A stretch of DNA of 63,995 bases, the filler included, from Reticulomyxa filosa (Eukaryota > Protista > Foraminifera), in the NCBI GenBank assembly GCA_000512085.1. It is 23 parts of 23 records of this genome, joined end to end, with 100 filler letters (N's around TTAATTAATTAA, not from the genome) between each part and the next. Parts side by side here need not be neighbours in the genome. Positions count along the whole stretch, not along the records: positions 7,852 to 11,364 come from ASPP01004250.1; positions 11,465 to 12,512 come from ASPP01025743.1; positions 12,613 to 13,612 come from ASPP01048361.1; positions 13,713 to 17,658 come from ASPP01021138.1; positions 17,759 to 18,787 come from ASPP01021509.1; positions 18,888 to 28,948 come from ASPP01013453.1; 17 more parts are not named here. One strand, 5' to 3'. Positions within the stretch are counted from its first letter, which is position 1, and each line of letters starts with the position of its first letter. Position numbers and translations under genes: made by a program. The notes under the pieces are model-generated. The model was not told where the DNA came from, did not search any database, and was given only the letters and a program-made list of their open reading frames with translations. Shown here piece by piece: positions 11,031 through 21,998 of this stretch.

Positions 11031-11327
11031 GGAGACGGTGAGGCCTTGGACTTGGAGTTTTTGATAGATGACAATGGAAAACGAGTAGTTACTTTTGGGA
11101 AAATTGCAGGAATGATTGGAATGGGAGTTGGAATTCTTGGCTGGTGCAAGAGACTCCGAGGCGTACGTGTGACTCCATTTCCATTGTGGAACTCGGTGGA
11201 AGACATGATTACGGAGTGTAACAAAGAATTAGAAGCGACTCAGTCTTTGACTCAACAGATTCCTAAAGTCATCATTGTTGGGGCTCTGGGCCGATGTGGG
11301 CAAGGTGCTTCATGGATTGCTGATCAA
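11031..11327 (+). CDS. LYS1: Saccharopine dehydrogenase [NAD+, L-lysine-forming], internal exon
   Basis: GDGEALDLEFLIDDNGKRVVTFGKIAGMIG...PKVIIVGALGRCGQGA matches the fungal Lys1 motifs DLEFL...GRRVAAFG..AG and IIGALGRCGSGA. GTATG donor at 11328. Confidence 0.88.
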
Positions 11328-11464
11328 GTATGTTCATTGTATATGTACATATATGTGTGTGTGTNNNNNNNNNNNNNNNNNNNNNNNNNNNNNNNNNNNN
11401 NNNNNNNNTTAATTAATTAANNNNNNNNNNNNNNNNNNNNNNNNNNNNNNNNNNNNNNNNNNNN

Positions 11465-11547
11465 TTGATTAAATGTTGTTTTATCATAAAAAAAATAAAT
11501 AATCTTCATAAAATGCGGTTTTAGTGTTAATTTTATTTTTAAATACA
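11465..11547. repeat. Degenerate copy of the right TIR of the Tc1 element at 1358-2345
   Basis: TTGATTAAATGTTGTTTTATCAT...TTTTAGTGTTAA resembles 2259-2345. Confidence 0.5.
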
Positions 11548-12696
11548 AATATAGTATAAAAAAAAATTATTTATTTTTGCAAAAATAAACGATGAAAAAA
11601 TTAAAATAATAATTAATTAAAAAAATTAAATAATGAAATGTTTGATTTTTTTCAAATAGAAAATATAGTGACAAAATTGGCACATTATGAAGATGATCAA
11701 TTTTCTAAGTCAAAAATAAACATTTTTTCAAAATTTTAAAAAATATATATAAGAATATTCAATTATTTCAAAATTTATTTCATTTTTTTCTACAATTTTT
11801 TGTTAATTACAAACATTTTAATTGATTTTTTAAAAATTTTTAATTTTTTTCTTTTCTGCACATAGCAACATATCTTAAAATATAAGTTTTTAATGATTAG
11901 TTGCAGTTTAAGACTTAACATTGAATCCTCCCAACTATCCACATGCTATCAATTACATATAGTAATTACATAGATGTTGACATACTATGTGTCTAATATA
12001 TTAATCTTAAACTAATGTTATACAATTGACAATCATATTCAATGTATAACAGCATTGCCGTCATCAAACAGTTAGTTTATATTGCAACTATACTAAATCA
12101 TATGCAATTTGGATTAATACATTTACGCAATACTAGCTGATAAATATATTATATCTAATGTTATATGTAATCCAAAATTTTGCTCATACAATAAAAAATT
12201 AAAAATTTTATCAAAGTTTCTATGAGAATAAAGCATATTAGAATGACTAAGCAATAAAGAAAATTTGCGTGGGCTGAAGCTGCAAAAAGTACCAATGTCT
12301 TCCTCTGTTGGTTGGATTTTGTGGTACGTCGTAGGAGTGACAATATCTTTGACGATTGCCAGTTATTTCTTTGCACAATTGGTGCACTCAGACAGCAGTT
12401 AACACAAAAGAAAAAGATTAATACAAATGAATAAGAAATTGTCATGCAAACATTTGAGGATGACGTTAGTCACTTTCCGTTGAAATAAGTTTGTCAACGA
12501 ACCTCTTGTATGNNNNNNNNNNNNNNNNNNNNNNNNNNNNNNNNNNNNNNNNNNNNTTAATTAATTAANNNNNNNNNNNNNNNNNNNNNNNNNNNNNNNN
12601 NNNNNNNNNNNNCCATAAAAGATAGGTATAGACACACTAGGATATCCACACTCTCTGCCATAAAACTGATTGTCATAAACCCTTAACTTGACGCGT

Positions 12697-13509
12697 ATGA
12701 TCCCATATCCCATGCATATTCTAAAAATATCGCTTTCATACTTTCTTTTTTGACAGCGGTATCAAACATCGCTTTATAAAATTCGTTAAAATTGTTTTTA
12801 ACATAAAGTGGTATATTGATATCACTTGCTATTTTAACCATTCGATAATTAGCAGGTTCTACTCTACCATTTTTGGTTAACATAAAGATAAACAACTCTT
12901 GAGGCCCATCAGCATTAACTGTGCCTAATCTTATAGGAAGCATAAATTTTTCAGATTCATAAGCAACTTGTAAAGGCCGCAGATATTTATTACCAGTTTT
13001 CTCCTGTTCGGTTAAATTTATCTTAGCGATAAAGAATTTCATTCCCTGCTTAATATAACTATTAACAGTCTGTTCAGCGTCTGTTCAGCACCTTGAGGAA
13101 TTTTATAATTATTTTCATTTAACCATTTAATCAAACCTAAACTTTCTTTAGCTGAAAGAACTAATATATCGTATTCACCCACAGAATATTCGGCTTCAAT
13201 TTTAATTCCATATGAACCTGCCAAACTTTTACCACCATCACTTGCTGGAGAGAATTGCACAGTCGATTTCGCCATTAATCTTTCCATAGCATAAACTTGA
13301 CACGGATTTGCATCAAAGTATTCAACTAATCTTGGTGAACTATAAGCATCTAAATGCTCTACAATTTTATTCTCAGTTACATGAACTTGTTCTTTCTGAA
13401 TTACAGTTGGTACTGGCACAACCATAGCGAATTCTTTAAAATCACCTTCGTAGTCATTCACCATTGTAATTACATTTTTATCTTCATTTCTTGCCAAAAC
13501 AACTTGGGA
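12697..13509 (-). pseudogene. Bacterial-type DUF2330 domain gene fragment, frameshifted
   Basis: Intronless: SQVVLAR...TMVNDYEGDFKEFAMVVPVP...LDAYSSPRLVEYFDANPC...VGEYDILVLSAKES.GL..WL..N.Y.IP...YIKQGMKFF.AK...LRPLQVAYES.KFMLPIRLGTVNADGPQEL...FLEYAWDM. An 11-bp tandem duplication (GTCTGTTCAGC x2, 13068-13089) breaks the frame. Confidence 0.85.
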
Positions 13510-13712
13510 TTGCTACCTTAAAGATACATCAGCAAGTCTTCTTCAAATAAGAAGACTATGGCTAATTCAACCATAGCTGGAGATTTTGAATAGCATCTTG
13601 ACCAGCGCCTAANNNNNNNNNNNNNNNNNNNNNNNNNNNNNNNNNNNNNNNNNNNNTTAATTAATTAANNNNNNNNNNNNNNNNNNNNNNNNNNNNNNNN
13701 NNNNNNNNNNNN

Positions 13713-14895
13713 AAAAAAAAAAAAAAAAAAAAACAAAACAAAACAAAAAAAAAAAAACCAATAATATGCAAAGTATTGTTGTTTGCATCAATTTGAGCAG
13801 CGAGAGATTTTGCAGTTAGAAACGTCGATTTCGACACATTTCCCAATGTTTCGCAAAACACGTATAAATATCACACACCAAAACCCCCACCCCATCTCAC
13901 GTGTGTTTCATCGAGCAAGGTCTGTCTCCACTCGCAAGTGGACCAAAACATAGGCACGAACACATACCGTAAAGTTTCGAATGACGCCAGGTTTGGAAAT
14001 GGGACTTGGTTCATTGAACACATAGGCCTTCAGCATTTCTGTGGAAGTGTCTTGGGCGTATCCGTAATCCTATTCCAAAGAACACAAGAGAACCAAACCC
14101 ATTATCACGACTTCTGTTTTCTATTGTTTTCGTCCCGTCCAAAGTGGACCTTAACAATTTGACGCTTCATTTTTTTTTTTTTTTAATTTTAAAAAAAACT
14201 GTCTAAAAAAAAAAAAAAAAAAATTCTTCATTGTTTAGTGTTGCTTCCTCTTTCTTTTGACTATCATACACCCCCCCTTTGCTTTCTCTCTTTTGTGGAA
14301 TACCATGATTTCATCAAGTAGCTCATACAACAAAATGAAGTTTTTATAAATGGATTCTTCAGAAATGACGCCGCAATAATCTTTAAATACTTTAGTTACG
14401 CGATTTAGCAATTCCATTTCCAAACTGCCGCACACATTTGCATTGGTCGTCCCAACGAACCAGAGTCCGCTTACCTTTAGATACATGAATGATATTTTAT
14501 CGAGGTACTGTTCGCACACACACATACAAGCAACATCAAAAAAAAAAAAAAAAAAAAGGGGTCATTTTTCTCTTCATTTCTTTGTCTCTACAAAAACGCC
14601 TTTATTTCCATCCATACACAAAAAAAAGATTAGCAAACAATACTCAACAAATATTGGAGGTGCATCTTGCTGCTTTCCACCCCAAAATTTGACGTGACGG
14701 AAAAATTTTTCAGCTGATTCTCTTGGCACATCTCCTCTGACTTTTGTGTTATGTGTCGTATTTTTTTTAAAAAACAAACACAAAAAAAAAAGGTGGATTT
14801 TTATTTATTGAAATGAAAACCATACAATCTCTGGAAATTAGTGTATCTCCACGTGGGCTGAGAATAAAAAACTGAGAAAGTCGAGAATATGCCAT
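13713..14895 (-). CDS. AP4M1: AP-4 adaptor complex mu subunit, 5' part
   Basis: MAYSRLSQFFILSPRGDTLISRD|RGDVPRESAEKFFRHVKFW...APPIF|...ELLNRVTKVFKDYCGVISEESIYKNFILLYELLDEIM|DFGYAQDTSTEMLKAYVFNEP. The N-terminus is mu4-type, with several GT-AG introns. Confidence 0.9.
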
Positions 14896-15224
14896 TAATG
14901 TCACACCTTTGAAGAAAAAACACTCAAGTTCATTCAAAAACCGAGGACCTAGTTTTTTAAACGTGGAATGTTTCGCGTTGGCATATAATCTTTTAAATAA
15001 ACGAACAAAAAAAAAGAAAACCAATTAGATTTTCAAAAGACAATTACGACTGACAAAAAAAGTTGAGTTCACGACCAGGAAAGGTATTTCCAGTTTCCGC
15101 TGTTCGGTAGAAAAAAGTTCATTTGGAATACATAGTAATTTTGACAAGTAAATAATTGGGGTTGGAGAATAACTCACGCATAGTTGTAAATAAATAGGCA
15201 GTCGATTAATTCTTGACTGATGAA

Positions 15225-16580
15225 ATGTCCGGGTCACATACAAACGAGAAGCTCTCAAGTGTGCAGTTTTGCATCGCCACGTTCAACTTACTATGTCCAT
15301 ACTGGAACTGGAAAAGTGATGAAATAAGCAGCAAAGAAAAATGGTTAGGAAGACAAGAAAAGATACTGGAGATGCTGCAGCAATTGGTGGATGACGAAAA
15401 GAGCGCAACGCAAAGCAATGTAAGTAAAACGGAAGACAAAAGCAAAGAAGTAGCGACGGAAGAGATGAAGCAGCAAAAGGGCCAAGGGCAAAATCCAGAA
15501 GCAAAGAAAAAGCTTTGCGATGTGATCTGCCTGCAAGAGTTTTGGTGTGAAAACGAGGAATTTGTAGAGTTGTATAAGCAAACATTGGGGCCTTTGGGTT
15601 ATGAGTTGCATTATATGAAACGAACAGAAACGAGCAAGCCCGATGGACTGGCGACATTTGTCAACACCAATGATTGGAAAGTCATCTCCGTGCATGAGGT
15701 CACGTTCAAGGGGAGCAATCGAGTGGCCTTGATCCATATCATCCAGCACAAACAGGTATGTTTGTTACTATGGCCACATATGCATATTTGCGTTGTATAC
15801 ATATACATATGCATATGAATATGCATATGAATATGCTACATTACACACGATAAAAAAAAAAAAAAGAGTGAGGTCAATGTGTTGATATGCAACAATCATT
15901 GGAATTGTGGCATTTACCAAAGTGATGAAATGAAGAGACGGGACTTGCTAGTGAGTTTGCTGGAAGTTTTGGAAGAGGATGCCAGTGTGCACGACAAAGC
16001 GAATGGCAATAACAACGGCAACGACAAAAGCAAAGCCAATGGATCGAAACAGTCCACTCTGCTATTAAGTGCTTACGACATTGATATCAAAATTGTTTGC
16101 GGGGACTTCAATTGTGAATTTTATGACTATTGTCCTCAACAACTTGTTCAACGAGGATATTTGTCTGCTTTGCACGAAGGCAACAATTTCAAACTTGATT
16201 GCGCTCAGAGTGACCAAAGTCACAACCCAAATTCAAACAAACATGACAAGTTTTTTGTTTCGCATCTTAATCATCATAAAATCGCCACTGGTTGCGATCT
16301 CCTACTCTTTAAACATGCCAAACAAAGCCCTTCTCTTCACTTCAATCCCATTGCTTCCTACTTATATCCGCGTCAATTGGATTGGAAAGTTATCTTTTTT
16401 TTTTTCCCCGCTCCCTCTCCTCCCCTTCCCTCCTCGAATGCACAAAAAAAAAAAAATGGTGGGGGTTCACTGTTTGCATAGGAGTGGCCAAAGAAAGAAA
16501 TGTTTGGAGTGTCAGATCATAGACCCGTTGTTGCTGTGTTTGAAATAACCACAGCTAAAAAAAAGAAACAAACAGACTAA
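15225..16580 (+). CDS. Endonuclease/exonuclease/phosphatase (EEP, CCR4-like) family protein
   Basis: Motifs IATFNLL, DVICLQEFW, DGLATF, NNHW, VCGDFN and terminal SDHRPV. Three exons, with introns at ~15756-15867 and ~16389-16481. Confidence 0.88.
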
Positions 16581-17598
16581 ATTTTTCTTTTGTTCCCTTC
16601 CCCCTTTGAGATAATTCGCTGTTAGTAGATTCGTTGTTTAGTTTTTCATGCTTCTTTTAACCTTTTTTTATCACATCTTGCTTTGTTTCACCTTTTTTGC
16701 TTCTTGCACAATATCATTACTTATCAAACAATGCTAATTTATTTGCAAGATAGATCTTCAAATATTGTCCATTTTTTAATGTAACCCAGCATTTTTGATA
16801 CATACTGAATATGCTTGATTTTACTTTTACACATGTCTTAGTTAATATTACATTAGGTGAAATGATCTGTTTAAATATATGCAAATATTTCGCACTAGCA
16901 ATCTATATTAGTTTGTATCTCATAATGAAATAATCAGTTACAAATGGACGTATCTAATAGTGAATATTTTGTTAAAAAAAGACATACTCAACGGTGAAGA
17001 AAAAAGTTCTTTTTCACAAGCATAAGAAAAAGAATTTGATGAACACTCCTTCAATAAAAAAACAACAGTTATGGAAATAATAGAATAACAGTATATGCTT
17101 AAAGAAAATACAATAAATAAAAATATTTAAACTTGAAAAAAATGAAAAGAAAAAGATATGTTAAAAGTATAATATTTTAAAAGATCTCACTTGCTTTCTT
17201 GACTCAGTTTTCGTTTAACTATACGATATCTTAATTTCTTGAAATGTGTCAATTAACGTAAATACCAGTGTTTGTATAGTCCCTACTAACGACACAAACA
17301 TTTATATTGCAACAACTATACAATCTGAAAGTTAGTATAATGTTTCTAATAATATTTTTATTTCACTAACTAATAATGTAAACATTGATATCGCTGGTAC
17401 AATCTTGCTGATGCTAGAATCAACAATTACTAGCAGCATAGTCAGTCCCACCCACCGTACCACCACACGCCATCATATACACGCTCAACTCACTTATGTT
17501 GACTGTATAAACAATGATATGCGTGACATTAACACTAGCAAATCGTATAATGTGCATTAGTGTGATATCAAACTTCTAAAAGAAAAAAAATGTTTATA

Positions 17599-17658
17599 CA
17601 GTATATTGCAAAACAAACCGCCATACCTAAATGGCACTATATGAATAGAATCGATTTT
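17599..17658 (+). mobile_element. Tc1/mariner TIR end, truncated by the contig edge
   Basis: TA|CAGTATATTGCAAAACAAACCGCCATACCTAAATGGCACTATATGAATAGAAT is near-identical to 28249-28305. Confidence 0.75.
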
Positions 17659-18570
17659 NNNNNNNNNNNNNNNNNNNNNNNNNNNNNNNNNNNNNNNNNN
17701 NNTTAATTAATTAANNNNNNNNNNNNNNNNNNNNNNNNNNNNNNNNNNNNNNNNNNNNAAACAATGACAACAACACGACGCCAACATGTACCATTCACGA
17801 CACCCTGTCGAATATGAACTCATTCTTATTAACTTGGAGCTACAATGACGTGTTATGTTTAATTTTTTTTTCTATTTATTCAAATATATATCATATATTT
17901 ATATTTTACGTACGTTATACAAATGAACGGAAAACCAACACAACGCCTCCCAACAAAACACTTACAACATATTCAAAACTTGCAATCCCAACAAATCCTG
18001 TTTGCGAAACAATTTCTGCTCAAGCCTTCAATCAACTCAACCTTTTTGCGTATCATGCAGCTCTCGATCGACCAGTAATTCTTTTTGTACATTCGTACCT
18101 GTTCCTGGCACCTCCGTCCGTCAAAAACCTTTGGAGAATTGTCTTTAATAATGTGATATCCCAAATGGTTAGCGGAGTTAGTGATATTAATAATGATGAT
18201 GATAATGGTAATATTGGAGGGCCAAGGACACAACTGGAAGTTGGAATTGGGTACTGTCAATGCGAAGAAAGGTCGATGGATAATTGAGATGGCAATCCAT
18301 ATCGTGAATAATATATACATATATGTACATATATATCATATCTTTGATGACATGGCAAAAGCCTACAGTATGATGGATCATCCACATCTATGTTTTTTTC
18401 TGTCCATAGCTGCCAATGTGCTGCATGCAAATAATGATAGTGTTCAAATCACGACAATCGCCCCTAGCAGTTTTATTTGTCAAGCTATTTTCTTTTTTTT
18501 TTAATTTTTAAAAAATAAAGTATATGAAACTGACATTCAATGTGGTAATTGAAAATAAAAGCAATATATT

Positions 18571-18787
18571 CAATTGTATCGGTCGACCACTGGAGCTGCA
18601 ACAACTGTTTGTGTTAGCTGCGACATTATGGCTGTACGGGTGGAATTATTGTGTATGGTAGTACAGATGGTTGTCGCTGCGCCACATAATTGAGAGGGAT
18701 TTGCTGCATTACGTATCCCAGCTGTTGGAAGGATTGATACCATTTTATGATTGCCTGGTTCTGCTCTCCAACGAAGCTTGGATCCAA
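18571..18787 (-). CDS. Possible terminal exon of a hypothetical protein
   Basis: Open frame from the contig edge: LDPSFVGEQNQAIIKWYQSFQQLGYVMQQ...PVVDRYN*. No recognisable motif. Confidence 0.35.
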
Positions 18788-19321
18788 NNNNNNNNNNNNN
18801 NNNNNNNNNNNNNNNNNNNNNNNNNNNNNNNTTAATTAATTAANNNNNNNNNNNNNNNNNNNNNNNNNNNNNNNNNNNNNNNNNNNNAAAAAAAAAAAGG
18901 CGTTGTCAAAGCCATCAAACGCCTTAATTGGAACTCCAAATGTACTTATTTGTTCTCTATCAAAACAAAAGTAAAACTTGTTGAATTTCGCTTCCTTTTT
19001 TTTTATATAGTTTTTTAAAAGTACTTTGATCTATGAAATTGAAATTCATTAACATTATTATGTAGCATTTGTTAACAAGTACAACTGGTTTAGAAGTAGT
19101 TTGTTTTGACGAAATTAAATTTAAATAAAGATTAAAAATGAGGAAAGTACTTCATTTCTCAGTGTTTGGAAAAACAGCCAATTTTGGAACCTAAACGCGT
19201 TTAGCTTTCTTTATTTGTCGGCAACGTTTTAAGTTTTCTTTGATACTTTTGTGCAAAATTGTTGTCAATAAGGCCTTACGGAAGGGCGTATTTTCCAAGA
19301 AGTTTAAAAAAGATAATAACA

Positions 19322-20963
19322 ATGTTGCTAACATTAACTTGTTTGGCCGCTATCATTGTGGCACGCCCAGTGGTTGGTGCAGGGTTAGATTTTTTGATGA
19401 TGGGTGATTGGGGAGGGCGAGTTAAGTGGAAAATGTGAAAAGGAGTACAGGCAGTGAACGCAAGAAGTGCAAGAGCAGTGGCCGGAAAAAACTACAATTA
19501 CAATAAAACAAACAAAAAAAGGAGTCAATCCCGTATTATACAATCGACGAGGAGAATACTGCGTCAATAATGGGCAAAATTGCAGCATCAATGCCAATTA
19601 CTGCAGCATTTGGAATTGGTGATAATTTTTATGACGATGGTGTGGCAAACGTGAACGACCCACGATTTAAACAAGTTTGTTGTTGTTATTGCATTCTCTT
19701 TCCTTTGCTTTTTTGAAGTTGAAAATGTCTGCATGTACACAAGCAAATAAATTTGTTGTTGTATATATTTGTACATATACGTATGTGTGTATATCAGACA
19801 TTCGAAGACGTATTCACAGCAGAGTCTTTGAAAAACATGTCCTTTTATATGATTGCCGGCAATCATGTTTGACACCAAGCCACACACATTTGTATTTGAT
19901 TGTGCATGTGATGAAACACATAATCGTGTTCAATGTTTGCTTTGTTGTACGAACGTGCATTTAATAGGACCACGAACAAAACGTTAAGATCAAAGAAAAG
20001 CGAAAGAGTTTTTTTAAAAATATTTATTTATTTATTAAAAATTGCATGTGCGAATGCATGTTCATTTAAAAAGTACACAATTTTTTTTTTTTTTTTTTTT
20101 TTTGCAAAATGATTCATTGAAAATGTGATTAGGTGACAGCTCAAGTGGCTTATACCAATGTTAAGAACTTATTTATTTTATTTCAATTCAAAAAAAAGAA
20201 AATAAATAAACAAAAAAAAAAAAAAAATATGAAGCGATCGAGTCGTTGGAAGTATCCAGATTATTGGTATTCGACAGTGTGGGCCATTCCGGACACGTCA
20301 CCCCCGCGCACGATCGAGATAATAATGATCGACACGGTGACAATGTGTGGACAGCAACAAGACTGGGAGTATTGTGCAAAACGTGGCATTGCGCAGTCCG
20401 ACTGCAAACTCGAAATCGATGGGCCGACGGATGTCGATGCGGCGCAAGATGAGTGGGAGTGGCTGCAGCTGCAGTTGGAACAATCCACCGCCGACTTTTT
20501 AATTGTCAATGGCCATTATCCTGTTTATTCCATCGCCGAACATGGGCCCACTGATTGTCTAGTCGAACAATTGCAACCGTGGCTCGAACAGTACAATGTC
20601 ACCGCTTATGTTTCCGGACATGATCACACATTTGAGTACATTAATGTATCTGGAGATTACGTCAATTATATTGTCACCGGTGGTGCACACGTGTGCGACA
20701 GATCCACCGCCCATAAAGTTTAACTTATTGTGACTTTCTTTTATTATATATATATATATATATATTTGTCTTGTTTTTTTTATTTATTTATTGTCACTCC
20801 TCCTTGCTAGGATAACATTCCTAAAGACTCGCTGCGGTTTCATGGCTGTCAGGGTGGTGGGTTCGTGCGCTTGCACGTGCAAGATACGCTAACCTTCTCC
20901 TTTTATTATGGCACTGACACTAATATACAATATGTCACTCCCGAATTTCAACCCAGATCGTAA
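19322..20963 (+). CDS. Tartrate-resistant / purple acid phosphatase (ACP5-like), secreted
   Basis: Signal peptide MLLTLTCLAAIIVARPVVG, then metal-ligand motifs GDWGG, GDNFY, GNH|D, GHYPVYS..EHGPT and SGHDH. Seven exons; stop at 20961-20963. Confidence 0.93.
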
Positions 20964-21998
20964 ATTTCTTAGTTTGTCCTTTTTTTCTACACCTATATTG
21001 CTTTTTTCGTTGAGCTTTTGAAAGCACACGCGACTGTGTGCGCTTTTGTTAGCGGTTTAAATATGGCTTCTTTTGTTTTCATACTTATTCTGACCCGTCA
21101 CAATTCGTAACGTCTGAACGCAGTTGCCAAATCTACTTCTTTACACGAAATAATAATACTATTTAATTCACTCAATTGAATACAAATGACAAAATTTGAT
21201 CAAGTTCAAAAGGGTCCTAAAAAGGGTCTAGTTCCATTTTTTTTATTTTTTTATCTGTAATCAATGTGTCTCTTTCAATATTCCCAAAGGGTATCTGTTC
21301 ATTTTTTTAATTTCCTTAAAGCCGACCAAGCAACATGCGTCAAACTAGTTGAAATCAGGTTGAAATCAAGTATGATATAAAATAATATAAGTTTTAACAT
21401 ATCATTTATATGGATATTGTTTTATCAAGAAAACGTGTTCATACAAAATTTTCTTTTTTTACTTTGTACGTTAGATGAACTTAAGATAACAAAAATACTA
21501 TATTTGATATCACGAAATATACAATCAATAGCATTGTCACAATGTATAATTGATTTATTTTCTTCAATAAAACTTTATATTTACTTATATACAAACTATC
21601 CAACAATTCTGTTTCGTTGTTGTGCAATTTTTTATTTTATTTTGTTTTCCTTGAAATTGTGCAAACAAGAACGAATCTTTCTTATTGCAGCTGCATCTGG
21701 TTATGTTTGTTGCATACAAAATGGAAGATATGTTATAATGTGGCATGCCGTTCTAGTGCTTTCCTTTCAAAAAAATTTATTGTGATCAATTGATTTGTTT
21801 CAATGATTTTTGTCATTTGCAAGCTGAGACCCATTTTGACAGTGGAATAGAATTGATGACGTGTAACGTCACATTGCATGTACAATCAAAATTAATCCTA
21901 CATTTGCGTAGCTGTCTGTCAACTGAAAACCTAGTTTGTGCTGACCCTTCTTGCAATTCTTTTTTTTTCCTTACTTGTTGGTATTCAAAAAGTTGGAC

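Noticed and set aside
8665-11364. AcpS-NADAR-LYS1 as an operon-like biosynthetic or defence cluster
   Set aside because: The genes are intron-bearing and on mixed strands, the PPTase is not Lys5-type, and the NADAR/LYS1 junction is probably a misjoin.
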